Shown here piece after piece: positions 1-10,841 of a stretch of DNA of 64,000 bases. The notes under the pieces were generated by a model that saw nothing but the letters and a program-made list of their open reading frames with translations, had not been told where the DNA came from and ran no database searches. Within the stretch, counting starts at the first letter, position 1; the number at the start of each line of letters is the position of its first letter. The DNA lies in IMG/VR virus record IMGVR_UViG_3300028888_000001; one strand, given 5' to 3'. A program made the translations under genes and the position numbers. The stretch comes from a virus (taxonomy: Duplodnaviria; Caudoviricetes).

Positions 1-1130
1 GTGCTATAATTGTAAATTATGTTATAATTTTTATCTAAAAATATATAATGAATCCAAGACTTTGTTGGATTTGTAATATTATATTCACCATCATCAGAAT
101 TGTGATTGTTTCCAAAAAATTCAACTTTATAGTTATCTTGTATTTTAAATATTAATGTATTTTCAGCAGCTTGAATTGAGCTGTGACTATATAAAAGTGC
201 GTTATTAACAAAATAATTTTCATATAAAGAAAAATCACCATTGAATAAAATATTTTGATTTTGATACGGATGGATAATTTCAAATTCATTACATAATTCA
301 TAAACAGATTTTATTACAGGAGTTTTTACATAATCATATAATCCAGAATTATCATAAATCCCACCAGCTATTACAAATAGATAATAACCAGCTTGATTTA
401 CTTTAAATAAATTACTATTAATGGTCATATTTATTGGCTTTGTTTGAGTAGTCGTAAACCCATTAGATTCTATAATTTCAGCACTTAAAGAGCTAAGATC
501 TACACCTTCATTGGTAGCTATATTTAATTTATAAAAATATAATCTGCACCCATAATTTATTTTTATAATATCATTTTCATCTAAATAAATCGGTTTGTAT
601 GTACAAATTCTAGCTGCATTATATTTTAAATACAGCAAAGAGGTTGATGATATATCTCCGATAACAAAATAATCATCTAAAAGACTATTATTTCTTAAAC
701 AATTAACATCGGCACTTACCTTTTCAAATTCAGTCGCTTTAAAAATTGTATGCTCATAATCTATTTCCATTCTATAGCTTGTATTCAATTTTCTATAAGT
801 AAGTATAATATAATTAATTTTTTCAGTAATAGTAATATCTTGATATGCTAAATTTTTTACTGTAAATCTATTAATAATAGATTTATTTTTATCGAATGCA
901 CAAATAGTAAACCAATTATCTTCATTATTTATATCACCATAATTATTCACTCTAAGAAATAAAATATTAGTCATATTTATAAAATTACTATGAACTTCAT
1001 TATATGTACTACTAGGATTGATAACATCTCCAATACTATTAATAAATCCAGGTTCATAAATTATTTTTTCTACCTTATAAAATAATTTCGAATTTAGATA
1101 CTTTTCATCCTCTACCAAATCGTTAGAAAG
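1..1130 (-). CDS. Silent variable tail-fibre C-terminal cassette C1 (runs off the window start)
   Basis: Minus-strand frame opens at the recombination core (LSNDLVEDEKYLNSKLFYKVEKIIYEPGFINSIG...) and, by manual translation, stays open to the window edge. No SD/ATG at its head; absent from the ORF track because it is truncated. Confidence 0.8.
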
Positions 1131-1204
1131 TGAATTAGGCTTACGCCTAATTCTATTATTTTTCGATTAATAACGTATTTTTCATTTGATCTTTCTAACG
1201 ATTT
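1117..1204. repeat. 88-bp spacer copy 1: inverted 14-bp recombination cores flanking a hairpin
   Basis: AAATCGTTAGAAAG (1117-1130) ... GAATTAGGC-TTAC-GCCTAATTC hairpin ... CTTTCTAACGATTT (1191-1204). Near-identical to 24627-24714 and to the reverse complement of 30577-30664. Confidence 0.97.
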
Positions 1205-4019
1205 AGCACAATCATTATGGGGTAGCAGTGGAGAACCATCAGAAGAAGCTTCTGGAACTAATTTTAATACTATAACTAATAAAATATCTTTATTAAAAAA
1301 TGAAATAATACAATCTAATAACGGTATACAAAATTTTGCTAGTTATGGCAATTTCCAGCATTATGGTTTAGATAAGAATGGAGCCTTTTTAATATCACAA
1401 AAATATAGAGTATCTAATGATGATCCTATGCAATTTGATAGAGATATTATTATAAATATAGCAGATGGTTTTGCTGTGGGTTATATACCTTTTGTAGATT
1501 CTATTAAAGGACTATGGAGTGGATGGAAAACCGCCCCATTTAAAATTGCAGCTTTTACTGATTTTATTTTACAAATCAAAAGAAACCCAACAGAAAATTT
1601 TTCTGAAATTGCAGATGTAGATGAATTTGTATCTGCAATAACGTTTGATACATATATACATGCAAAAATTAATGCTTTAGGCGATGAAATAAACTCTATA
1701 GAACCAGGATATTACCATCCTCAAATAATAACAGAAAATAATGAGACTATATGGCCTTTAAAATATGGATATGGTAATTTAAATGGAACGTCGTTAGTAT
1801 GGATAGATTCTAAAAATTATTTAACTACGGATCCATCTGTACCAATTGCTGTTGAACCAGGCGATGTTATAGTATTAAAAGATACATTATATAGATATTT
1901 TGTAGTGGTAACTTATGATGAAGGGCAAAATTGGGAAAGCTTATCTAGTACAAGAATGACAGACTTACCAATTGTACAGAAAGGTAAGATAATAATTACC
2001 ATTAGAAAAAATGTTACTGCCTATCTTGAAAAAGATAAAATTAATAAATTTTCAGATATTATAGCTATAAATAAACATTCTCTTATATTAAATAATACTA
2101 ATAATTTAAGAAATGGCCTTATACTTTCAACTTACGGCATTCAAACATTTCAACCATACACAAGTTTTCACCATTATGGATTACATGATACTGAATATAA
2201 TGTAGGTATCAAATATAGAGTATCGAGTATAGTTCCAATAAAATTTGATATGGATATCAAAGTACACGTGAAAGATGGATTTAAATGGGGTTATATTCCT
2301 TTTGAAAATGGTGAAGCTGGTAATTGGTCAAATTGGAAAATCACAGATGTAATAATTAGTGCTAATACAGAATTTATTATTCAAATTGCTAGGGTAGATG
2401 AAAATTATTCTGAAATTGCAGATGTAGATGAATTTACATCAGCGTTAACATTTAATACAATAATAAAAGATGAAATAGAAATTTTATCGAATAAAGCCTA
2501 TACCTTTGAAAATAATATCAAAAGGATTAATAATCTTGATTATGATTTAATGAATGGCGTAGAATGGGAGCTTGGCTATTATGCCCTTGCAGGTAAAACC
2601 AATTCTGATATTATGATACGCATAAATGATTATATAACAATTAGTCAAATGAATAAAATAAATATATGGTGTGATACTGGATACAGATATTTTTACATAC
2701 TATATGATGAGAATAGAAATACTATAGAAGCAATACCATTTTCATCGTCTAAAAGAGAAATCAATGCGGTTGCTAAGAATGCTTCATATATGTCTATTAC
2801 GCTGAGAAGAAATTCTGATGGCGAGATGGATATTTCAGAGGGCGAAGTGGTACATGTAACAATAAATTCACCATTATTTAATAGCTTAGCAAATATAAAC
2901 ACATCAAGCTTATCAGACAGAATTAGCGTTGTTGAAAATATTTTCCGTTATGATAGATATTTTTCACATATTGGAGTTTCAGGAAGCACTAATATTATTA
3001 TACCATCTCAATCAATTGCAGATGTAATGAGAACAAAAAGGCTTGGGTTTAAAGTATTAGAGATTAATGTTCATAAAACATCTGATAATCATTATGTTTG
3101 TTTACATGGCTCAAGCGGAAAATTTGGAGATCAGTTTATTGGAACCGATGGAAGCAATGTTTCAGATATTGCAATTACTAGTGTAACATTAGATTGGATT
3201 AAAGAAAATGTACGTTATAAAAGTAAATATAAAAAATATCAAACTTCGCCTTATTCGTTAGAAGAGATTCTTTATGAAATGAAAAAACTTAATATCATTC
3301 CACTTGTACAATATTCCGATAATACAATGATAGATATATTAAATCAGATAATGGGTGCAAATAATTATATATTAAATTTATATGCAGGTGATAGAGACGA
3401 TAAAACTGATGCGACATGCACTTCATGGACATCTATAGCAAACATCAATGAAGCAGTTGCTAAATGCCAAACATGTGGAAAAACTTATTATCTTGGAGTA
3501 AATCATTCAAATGCTGCATTTAATGATTTCACTGATTCTGATTGGATAAATTATATAAACACTATACATGAAGCAGGATACTATGTAATGGGCGCATATA
3601 TGAATTTACAAGCTGCTGTAAAGTTTTTTGGAATGGGGTGGGATGCATTAGCATCAACCGCACAAATTAATGAAATCGAAACTGGCAATTTATGCAATCT
3701 ATTTTCTGATAATGATTTTAGTGATTTTAATACAACTGGTATTATAGAAAATGGGGTATTAACCATTGATAATGATGATAAAATTTCTCCATCTGTTACT
3801 CTTGATAGTGTATTTCTAGGTGGAGGAAGTTTACATATCCGTTTTGATGGTTTAATTCATATAAAAATAGGTAAGATTGATGACTCTTTAGAGAGTGATG
3901 GTAGTGGCGATGTGTGGGTTTCAAGTTATTTTGAAGAGCAATCACCTACATTTTCCATCGAAACCGATTCAAATGGCGCCATTATATATGAATTGTCTTA
4001 TAAGGCAAGTAGGCTTTAA
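1191..4019 (+). CDS. Silent variable cassette C2 with glycerophosphodiester phosphodiesterase (GDPD)-like domain
   Basis: ORF 1428..4019 extends 79 codons upstream in frame to the core (LSNDLAQSLWGSSGEPSEEASGTNFNT...). GDPD-like motif FSHIGVSG..IPSQSIADVMRTKRLGFKVLEINVHKTSDNHYVCLHG. Confidence 0.8.
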   Translation, partial: LSNDLAQSLWGSSGEPSEEASGTNFNTITNKISLLKNEIIQSNNGIQNFASYGNFQHYGLDKNGAFLISQKYRVSNDDPMQFDRDIIINIADGFAVGYIPFVDSIKGLWSGWKTAPFKIAAFTDFILQIKRNPTENFSEIADVDEFVSAITFDTYIHAKINALGDEINSIEPGYYHPQIITENNETIWPLKYGYGNLNGTSLVWIDSKNYLTTDPSVPIAVEPGDVIVLKDTLYRYFVVVTYDEGQNWESLSSTRMTDLPIVQKGKIIITIRKNVTAYLEKDKINKFSDIIAINKHSLILNNTNNLRNGLILSTYGIQTFQPYTSFHHYGLHDTEYNVGIKYRVSSIVPIKFDMDIKVHVKDGFKWGYIPFENGEAGNWSNWKITDVIISANTEFIIQIARVDENYSEIADVDEFTSALTFNTIIKDEIEILSNKAYTFENNIKRINNLDYDLMNGVEWELGYYALAGKTNSDIMIRINDYITISQMNKINIWCDTGYRYFYILYDENRNTIEAIPFSSSKREINAVAKNASYMSITLRRNSDGEMDISEGEVVHVTINSPLFNSLANINTSSLSDRISVVENIFRYDRYFSHIGVSGSTNIIIPSQSIADVMRTKRLGFKVLEINVHKTSDNHYVCLHGSSGKFGDQFIGTDGSNVSDIAITSVTLDWIKENVRYKSKYKKYQTSPYSLEEILYEMKKLNIIPLVQYSDNTMIDILNQIMGANNYILNLYAGDRDDKTDATCTSWTSIANINEAVAKCQTCGKTYYLGVNHSNAAFNDFTDSDWINYINTIHEAGYYVMGAYMNLQAAVKFFGMGWDALASTAQINEIETGNLCNLFSDNDFSDFNTTGIIENGVLTIDNDDKISPSVTLDSVFLGGGSLHIRFDGLIHIKIGKIDDSLESDGSGDVWVSSYFEEQSPTFSIETDSNGAIIYELSYKASRL

Positions 4020-4054
4020 TATATTAATATAAATATTATTTTCTATCGATATAA

Positions 4055-4082
4055 AACCCAGAGGGAGTAATCCCTCTGGGTT
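4055..4082. terminator. Hairpin terminator, GGGA-GTAA-TCCC family
   Basis: AACCCAGAGGGA GTAA TCCCTCTGGGTT between convergent genes. Confidence 0.85.
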
Positions 4083-4117
4083 AGTTTATGCTAGACTTTT
4101 ATATATAATTATTTTGA

Positions 4118-4657
4118 TTACAGAACGTCTTCGAAGTCGATAGTCTTCATAACGCCATTTACAGTCACGAGCTTAACAGAAGCTTCAGCTCCAGGATATA
4201 CAGGTGTTACTGTGCAAAGGAATACTACATTAGTACCCTTAACAACTTTAGTAGCAAGCTGAGCAATAGGATGAATAGCAGCGCCTACCATACCAGCGGT
4301 AACTTGCTCGAATACCTTAAGAGCATTCTCATCGATAGCATCGCCAGTATGAGCTTCAACTTTATATCCACCAAAAGCAGCTCCGCCCTCAACGATAGGC
4401 TCGATAGCATACAGATTGCATTGCATTCCCTTCTCATTAAACTTCATAAGTACGATATTCTTATCGCCAGAAGCGTTAACGATAGTCTGTTCTGCAATAA
4501 CAGCATGATTAATACCATTAACCTGCTGAGAGCCAAGATAAGCAACAGGTTCATATGTTGCGCCAACAAGCTTCTCTGCAACTTCACCCATTGCAGTTGC
4601 TACCTTCTGAGGCATAGCGTTTATTACAGCATTGATTTTCCAACCACCAAGAAGCAT
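4118..4657 (-). CDS. Hypothetical protein with two internal repeats, paralog of 8811..9386
   Basis: AAGGAGG SD. Two repeats (LLGGW..YEPVAYLGSQQVNGINH / FGGY..IHPIAQLATKVVKGTN) aligned with 8811..9386. Confidence 0.8.
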   Translation of the reverse strand: MLLGGWKINAVINAMPQKVATAMGEVAEKLVGATYEPVAYLGSQQVNGINHAVIAEQTIVNASGDKNIVLMKFNEKGMQCNLYAIEPIVEGGAAFGGYKVEAHTGDAIDENALKVFEQVTAGMVGAAIHPIAQLATKVVKGTNVVFLCTVTPVYPGAEASVKLVTVNGVMKTIDFEDVL

Positions 4658-4779
4658 TTTAATTTCCTCCTTTAAATATAATAAATTTGTTATGCTTCAT
4701 CTATTATATACTTGATTGCGCATATAATAGAATTATTTTATAGTTAGTTTGTGTGTTAATTTTTACACGGAGCTGGGAT

Positions 4780-4791
4780 AACATTTTAATA
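4780..4791 (+). promoter_or_regulatory. Putative late phage promoter AACA-N6-TA
   Basis: AACA TTTTAA TA upstream of a structural gene; motif recurs at more than 12 intergenic sites. Confidence 0.6.
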
Positions 4792-4853
4792 AAGCTCAAG
4801 AATATTTGAGTTTTGCGAAAATTATTTAAACTCTTTATTAGGAGGTAACTAAA

Positions 4854-5801
4854 ATGGCTGATAACATCAAGAAAGTATTGCTCCAAAAGAAAGTAGAAAA
4901 TACTCTGTATCAGATTCTCCCGAAGACTGATGCTACTATCGTTAACTATGACAAGACAGTTAGCGGTTCTACTACATCTACTACTGTAGCTGCTGAGCTG
5001 GCTGCTCTTGCACAAGCTATCACTGATGGTGATGAGGCTGTTAAAGATCTAATTTATGGTCTTCAAGATAACGAGACTCTCCAGCAGTCCTATGACACCA
5101 TTAAGGAAATTGGTGATTTCCTTGCAACTCATGAAGATTCCATCGGTGCTCTTGCAGCTCTTATTGCCGATGTGGGTAAGGCTACTGAAGGCTCTACAGC
5201 TGCAACTGGTATCCATGCAGATATCGAAGGCCTTGATGCACGTGTAGATGCTCTTGAGACCGCTGCTGGTACAAACGTATCCAAGACTAAGTCTGGCTCT
5301 GCTGATGCTAGCAATGGTTATGTATATCTTGATGGCGTTCTGACTGCTATCTATGATGATTCTCTTACAATTGGCGCTTCTACAGATGCAGCCAATGCTT
5401 CTGGTACGACCGTATGGCCTCGCTTAAAGCAAGCTGAATCTGATATTGATGGTCTTGAGACCGCTGTTGGTCAGTCTACTGATGCTTCTACCGCTACGAC
5501 TCTGTTCGGTCGTATGAAGAAGGCAGAAGAGGGTCTTGGACTTGCTACTGATACTGCTAACGCTGCTGGCACCACCGCATGGTCTCGCATTCTCAATGCT
5601 GAGAATGATATCGATGCTCTTCAAGCTACTGTTGGTGCTTCCACCGATACTGCAGCTGCTGATGGAACTACACTTTGGGCTCGCTTAAAGCAGGCCGAGG
5701 CTGATATTGATAACCTTCAGGCTGGTCTGCAGGTTCTTCTTGTCTCTACAATGCCTGGTACCGTTGATACTAATACTCTGTATCTGCTTGAGCTTGAATA
5801 A
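4854..5801 (+). CDS. Tail fibre-associated coiled-coil protein
   Basis: GGAGG SD. N-terminal KKVLLQKKV..ILPKT motif shared with 5888 and 15071; DTIKEI motif; four ~21-28-aa repeats (GASTDxAxAxGTTxWxRLKxAExDI). Confidence 0.7.
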   Translation: MADNIKKVLLQKKVENTLYQILPKTDATIVNYDKTVSGSTTSTTVAAELAALAQAITDGDEAVKDLIYGLQDNETLQQSYDTIKEIGDFLATHEDSIGALAALIADVGKATEGSTAATGIHADIEGLDARVDALETAAGTNVSKTKSGSADASNGYVYLDGVLTAIYDDSLTIGASTDAANASGTTVWPRLKQAESDIDGLETAVGQSTDASTATTLFGRMKKAEEGLGLATDTANAAGTTAWSRILNAENDIDALQATVGASTDTAAADGTTLWARLKQAEADIDNLQAGLQVLLVSTMPGTVDTNTLYLLELE

Positions 5802-5837
5802 TAAAAGAACTAGAGAAATTAGTATTAATTTAAATAT

Positions 5838-5871
5838 AAGCACCAGAGGGTTATATAACCCTCTGGTGCTT
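5838..5871. terminator. Hairpin terminator
   Basis: AAGCACCAGAGGGTTA-TA-TAACCCTCTGGTGCTT followed by T-run. Confidence 0.8.
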
Positions 5872-5887
5872 TTGCAAGGTGGTGCTT

Positions 5888-8629
5888 ATGGCTAAAAAGA
5901 TATTATTACAGAAAAAAGTTGGCACATCAGTAGAATCGATTTATACTAAAACATCTGCTGATATTGTTATTTATGATGAAAGTACAGGGCAGAATACAAA
6001 AGATAAAATAGATTCTTTAGAAACAAAAGAAGATAATCTTATTAGAATTGGCACCTGCTCCACAGCTGCAAATGTTAAAGATAAAGTAGTTACTTGCTCT
6101 AATTTTGTTTTATACACTGGAGCTATCATAGCTGTAAAATTCGCAGCTACAAATAGTTATTCTGCCACTGCATCTAGTCCTATCACATTAAATGTAAATA
6201 ATACCGGAGCAAAGAATATTTATTATAATGATACTGCAAATCCAACCGGTACTAACACCACAGCGTTTGGGACAGCTAGTTATTATAATTATTATATATA
6301 TGATGGCACGTATTGGGTATTCTTATCCAGAAGTACAGATGCTAACAGTACATATGCTGCATATTCTTTAGGTATTGGTTATGCTACATGTACAACCGCT
6401 GAAGCTACCGCAGCTAAAGTAGCAGCATTTAAAAATGGTACTTATACATTACATCCAAATGGCATTGTTGCTGTTGAGTTCGCCAATGCAGTGCCAGCGA
6501 ATGCTACATTAAATATTAATAATAAAGGCGCAAAACCAATTTTTTATTGTGACGCAGCCATCACCAATGGAATTATTTCAGGTGGAGACACAGCTACATT
6601 TGTTTATGACGGAACAAATTATAATCTTATTTCTATTAATAGGGCAATTGATACGGCACTTAATAGTACATCAAATAACCCTGTAGAAAATAAAGTCATT
6701 AATGCTGCTTTAAGTAATAAAGTAGATAAGGTTAGTGGTAAAGGCCTTAGTACCAATGACTTTACAGCAGCATACAAGTCTGCATTGGATAATTTATCTA
6801 CTAATCTAGACGGTAAGGTTGATAAAGTGGATGGCTCATCTTTAATGACTGAAGATGAACATACTAAGCTTGCTGGTATTGCTGCTGGAGCTAATAAAAC
6901 TACTGTAGATTCAGCACTTAACTCTAGCTCTACTAATCCAGTTCAAAATAAAGTTATTAATACAGCACTTGGCGCCAAAGTCAATACCAGTGATATTACC
7001 ACTACAGCACCAGCATCTACTAATACAGACGCACAGGTTCCATCTACTAAGAGTATGTATACTGCTCTTAATACTAAAGTTGATAAAGTTAGTGGTAAAG
7101 GATTATCTACTAATGATTTTACAGCAACATATAAAACTGCATTGGATAATCTGTCTACTAATTTAAATAAAAAAGTCAACACTAGTGATATTACTACTGC
7201 AACTCCTACAAGTGAAAATACCGACACTCAAGTACCTAGTACCAAGAGTATGTATACGGCACTTGACGCTAAAGTAGATAAAGTAGATGGCTCATCTTTA
7301 ATGACTGAAGAAGAGCATACTAAGCTTGCAGGTATTGCTACTGGAGCCACTAAAATTACAGTAGACTCTGCTCTATCTAGTTCATCAACTAATCCAGTTC
7401 AAAATAAAGCTATAAATACAGCACTTAGCGGTAAGATAGCTACTAGCTCTATTACTACTAGTGCTCCAGCATCTACTAATACTGATGCTCAAGTGCCATC
7501 AACTAAGAGTATGTATACTGCTTTAGCCACTAAACCAACTGCAACTCTTACCACCGCTGCCCCTTCAAGTAGTAGCACCGATGCTCAAGTGCCTAGCACT
7601 AAGAGTATGTATACTGCACTTAGTAATAAGGTAGATAAAGTATCTGGTAAGGGATTATCTACCAATGACTTTACTACAGAGTATAAGAATAAAGTAGATA
7701 ATACTATTGTTTATTGTACATGTGCCACTGCAGCAGCGACTCAAGTGAAAGTTGTTGATACTCCAGATGGATTCACTCTATTCACTGGTACGGTAATTGC
7801 TGTTAAATTTACATATACAAACACTTATAATTCAACTGCAACAGCGCCGGTAAAACTAAATGTAGGTGGTACTGGTGAAAAGCAAATCTATTATGATGCT
7901 TCAGCAGCTAATACTGGCGCAAATTCATCTATTTATGGTGTTGCTAATAATGTTATATTCTATATGTATGATGGTACATATTGGGTATGGCTTAACAGAA
8001 ACTACGATAATAATACCACTTATTCAAATGCATCTCTTGGAACTGGTTATGCCACGTGCACAACTGCCGAAGCAACTGCAGCTAAAGTAGCAGCATTTAA
8101 AAATGGTACTTATACATTAGCAGCAAATGGTATTGTTGCTGTTAAGTTTACATATGCAGTACCAGCAAACGCTACATTAAATATTAATAATAGAGGCGCA
8201 AAACCGATATACTTTAATAATGCAGTAATCACTGCAGGTGTTATTTCTGCTGGAGATACTGCTACGTTCTTTTACGATAATACCAATTACAATGTTATTA
8301 ATATTATGCATGAGCGTCCTAATATAATATATTGGGGAGCTGGTGCAGCTAGTCCAACTATAAATTCTGCATTTATAACAGGATTAGGAAATTCAGAAAC
8401 TATAGAGAAACAACAACTTGATGCTAAGCAAGTCACTTTAGCCTCGGGTGAATATTTATATATTGCAGTTCCATCCTCAATAACTTCTCCAATAATTAAG
8501 TTATTTGGGTTTGTTACTGCGTGTTCTAAAGTTGGAACTAGCATTGCTGTAAATAGCGTGAATTATGACGTATACAAAGCTCCAAATACTGTTAATGCTA
8601 GCACTAATTATATACTGGAGCTATGTTAA
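5888..8629 (+). CDS. Long repetitive tail fibre protein
   Basis: Start likely ATG 5888 after AAGGTGGTG. Duplicated CxTAA..K/YDGTYW domains at both ends; central repeats KVDKVSGKGLSTNDFT, TVDSALxSSSTNPVQNK, TDAQVPSTKSMYTAL. Confidence 0.8.
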   Translation: MAKKILLQKKVGTSVESIYTKTSADIVIYDESTGQNTKDKIDSLETKEDNLIRIGTCSTAANVKDKVVTCSNFVLYTGAIIAVKFAATNSYSATASSPITLNVNNTGAKNIYYNDTANPTGTNTTAFGTASYYNYYIYDGTYWVFLSRSTDANSTYAAYSLGIGYATCTTAEATAAKVAAFKNGTYTLHPNGIVAVEFANAVPANATLNINNKGAKPIFYCDAAITNGIISGGDTATFVYDGTNYNLISINRAIDTALNSTSNNPVENKVINAALSNKVDKVSGKGLSTNDFTAAYKSALDNLSTNLDGKVDKVDGSSLMTEDEHTKLAGIAAGANKTTVDSALNSSSTNPVQNKVINTALGAKVNTSDITTTAPASTNTDAQVPSTKSMYTALNTKVDKVSGKGLSTNDFTATYKTALDNLSTNLNKKVNTSDITTATPTSENTDTQVPSTKSMYTALDAKVDKVDGSSLMTEEEHTKLAGIATGATKITVDSALSSSSTNPVQNKAINTALSGKIATSSITTSAPASTNTDAQVPSTKSMYTALATKPTATLTTAAPSSSSTDAQVPSTKSMYTALSNKVDKVSGKGLSTNDFTTEYKNKVDNTIVYCTCATAAATQVKVVDTPDGFTLFTGTVIAVKFTYTNTYNSTATAPVKLNVGGTGEKQIYYDASAANTGANSSIYGVANNVIFYMYDGTYWVWLNRNYDNNTTYSNASLGTGYATCTTAEATAAKVAAFKNGTYTLAANGIVAVKFTYAVPANATLNINNRGAKPIYFNNAVITAGVISAGDTATFFYDNTNYNVINIMHERPNIIYWGAGAASPTINSAFITGLGNSETIEKQQLDAKQVTLASGEYLYIAVPSSITSPIIKLFGFVTACSKVGTSIAVNSVNYDVYKAPNTVNASTNYILELC

Positions 8630-8716
8630 ATTCAAGCAAAAAATAAATATGGCATCGCAAATGATACAGCATAATTTTTCACATTTAATTCTATCGATAG
8701 CTTTAATAACATAAAT

Positions 8717-8740
8717 CCCCAAGGCTTTATTGCCTTGGGG
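8717..8740. terminator. Hairpin terminator
   Basis: CCCCAAGGC-TTTATT-GCCTTGGGG. Confidence 0.7.
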
Positions 8741-8810
8741 GTATATTATATTTTTATTGCATAACTAACTTTAAAGTAAATTTATTAATTATCTAAAGGA
8801 GGAAACAGAA

Positions 8811-9386
8811 ATGTCAGGTTATGCTTTCACTTGGCTTGCATCACCATCACTTTTTGGATCTTGGGAAGTTAATATTATCATAGGTAGCTTTCCTCAGAAA
8901 ATAATTGCTGCTTATGATAAGCTTGAAGAAACTATGGTTGGAGCAAAATATGAGCCTATAGCTATGCTTGCTAAGCAGGTTGCTAATGGGACGAACTATG
9001 CTATGCTTGCACAACAGACTATTATCACCAAGCAGCCTCAGAAGAATATTGTTGTTATGAAGTTTAACGAGAGTGACATGGATTGTGTGCTATATTCTAT
9101 TGAGCCTATTCTTATTGGAAATAATCTTTATGGAGGTCTTAAGATTGATCCGAAGATTGGCCATGAGATTGATCCAGAATTTATTGAATCTTTCAAATCT
9201 ACAACTCAAGGCTGGTTGGGTGTTAAGCTTGAACCGGTTATTCTTCTTGCAACTAAAGTAGTTAAGGGTATTGATCTTACGTGGCTTTGCTACGATGCTG
9301 GAGTTACTCCCAAAGATAAGCCAGACGTTTTACTTGTAACAACCAATAGCGTAACTCATTCTATTGATTACGCAGAGATACTGTAA
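8811..9386 (+). CDS. Hypothetical protein, paralog of 4118..4657
   Basis: AAGGAGG SD. Shared blocks YEPIAMLAKQVANGTNY, KNIVVMKFNE, LATKVVKG. Confidence 0.8.
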   Translation: MSGYAFTWLASPSLFGSWEVNIIIGSFPQKIIAAYDKLEETMVGAKYEPIAMLAKQVANGTNYAMLAQQTIITKQPQKNIVVMKFNESDMDCVLYSIEPILIGNNLYGGLKIDPKIGHEIDPEFIESFKSTTQGWLGVKLEPVILLATKVVKGIDLTWLCYDAGVTPKDKPDVLLVTTNSVTHSIDYAEIL

Positions 9387-9396
9387 ATATTAATAC

Positions 9397-9428
9397 AATA
9401 TAGAGCCGGATTATTCCGGCTCTATATT
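9397..9428. terminator. Hairpin terminator
   Basis: AATATAGAGCCGGA-TTAT-TCCGGCTCTATATT. Confidence 0.75.
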
Positions 9429-9474
9429 ATTTTTTATAATACCCTCCACATATCTATAATAGGAGGACTAGATT

Positions 9475-9954
9475 ATGAAGATTAAAGGCATTATCCATGA
9501 AGATTTTGTTAATTATAAAAAAGCATCGATGACAATAGCAATGCCATATTGTAGTTTTAAATGTGACAAAGATTGTGGGTATACGGTTTGTCAAAACTCT
9601 AAACTTGCAAATGATCCAACTATAGATATTGCTATAGATAGAATTATAGAGCAATATTTACATAATCCAATAACACATTCTATAGTTTTTCAAGGATTAG
9701 AACCGTTTGACTCATGGGATGATTTAGAACAGTTTATTTATAGATTTAGAATGTCATATGCTTGCACTGATGATATTATAATATACACTGGATATAATGA
9801 AAATGAAATAGAAGATAAAGTAAAAATATTAAGCTGCTTTACTAATATCATTATTAAATTTGGTAGATATATGCCAAATCAAGAGCCTCATCTTGATTAT
9901 GTTTTAGGAGTTAAGTTAGCTAGCGATAATCAATATGCTGTAAAAATAAATTAA
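9475..9954 (+). CDS. nrdG: Anaerobic ribonucleotide reductase activase-like radical SAM protein
   Basis: CSFKCDKDCG..CQN cysteine cluster, FQGLEPF, IIIYTGY, IIKFGRY, ASDNQY C-terminus typical of the NrdG family. Confidence 0.75.
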   Translation: MKIKGIIHEDFVNYKKASMTIAMPYCSFKCDKDCGYTVCQNSKLANDPTIDIAIDRIIEQYLHNPITHSIVFQGLEPFDSWDDLEQFIYRFRMSYACTDDIIIYTGYNENEIEDKVKILSCFTNIIIKFGRYMPNQEPHLDYVLGVKLASDNQYAVKIN

Positions 9955-9956
9955 AT

Positions 9957-10358
9957 ATGAATGATATATCTTATTTTAATTATGCTAGGGACGCTTCTAA
10001 ATTTTCTACATTTTATAAACATCATACTGGTTGCGTAGTTGTATATAAAAAACATATAATTTCTATAGGTTTCAATAGTTATAAAACGCATCCTATACAA
10101 AAAATATATAATAAAGAACGCTTTTCTGAAGATAACACTCCACATTGTTTACATGCAGAAATATCGGCATTGATATTTATAAAAGATAGAACCGACATTA
10201 AATGGAATAATGTAGAAATATATACTTATAGAGAAAATAATTACGGGCAACCTAGATTAGCCAGACCGTGTAAATCATGTATGGCTATGATAAAATCTTT
10301 AGGAATACATAAAATTCATTATACTACAAATGATGGATTTGAAAGTGAAAATATATAA
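9957..10358 (+). CDS. Cytidine/deoxycytidylate deaminase-family protein
   Basis: Zn-deaminase motifs HAE and ARPCKSC; N-terminal HTGCVVV..ISIGFN. Confidence 0.8.
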   Translation: MNDISYFNYARDASKFSTFYKHHTGCVVVYKKHIISIGFNSYKTHPIQKIYNKERFSEDNTPHCLHAEISALIFIKDRTDIKWNNVEIYTYRENNYGQPRLARPCKSCMAMIKSLGIHKIHYTTNDGFESENI

Positions 10359-10386
10359 AAAATAAAACACGTGAACTATATTATTT

Positions 10387-10416
10387 AATAGAGAGGGATT
10401 GATATCCCTCTCTATT
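10387..10416. terminator. Bidirectional hairpin terminator
   Basis: AATAGAGAGGGAT-TGAT-ATCCCTCTCTATT between convergent genes. Confidence 0.8.
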
Positions 10417-10425
10417 TTTTATAAT

Positions 10426-10611
10426 TTATTCTTCTTTATTGTCTTCTTCGTTATCTTCATCCTCAAAAGCGTTCACTAAAATCGCAATCGGATTATTCTC
10501 TTTGTCCCAGTTTGCTTCTGGAGCTGTATACGCAGGAATGGTTTCAAGCAGTCTTTTCTGAGCATCTTCGTTAAGATCAGAAAAGTAGATTTCAAATGAT
10601 TTTGTTTTCAT
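10426..10611 (-). CDS. Small acidic hypothetical protein
   Basis: AAAGGAG SD upstream of ATG; 61 aa. Confidence 0.65.
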   Translation of the reverse strand: MKTKSFEIYFSDLNEDAQKRLLETIPAYTAPEANWDKENNPIAILVNAFEDEDNEEDNKEE

Positions 10612-10841
10612 CTTATCGCTCCTTTAGGTATAAAATTATAGTTGTTTGTACTTTAGATACTTATATATAAATATAAGTATAATTATTTTTATTCAATAGT
10701 AATCTTTTGCATACACTCGCCAATATTTATATAAAGGTTCACATTGTTGTGATAACCACATTAAATTAAATCTGCTTAGTAATTAATCAAAGCGACAAAA
10801 GCTAAGTTAGAAAACGATAAATCGCCATAACAAGCATAAAC

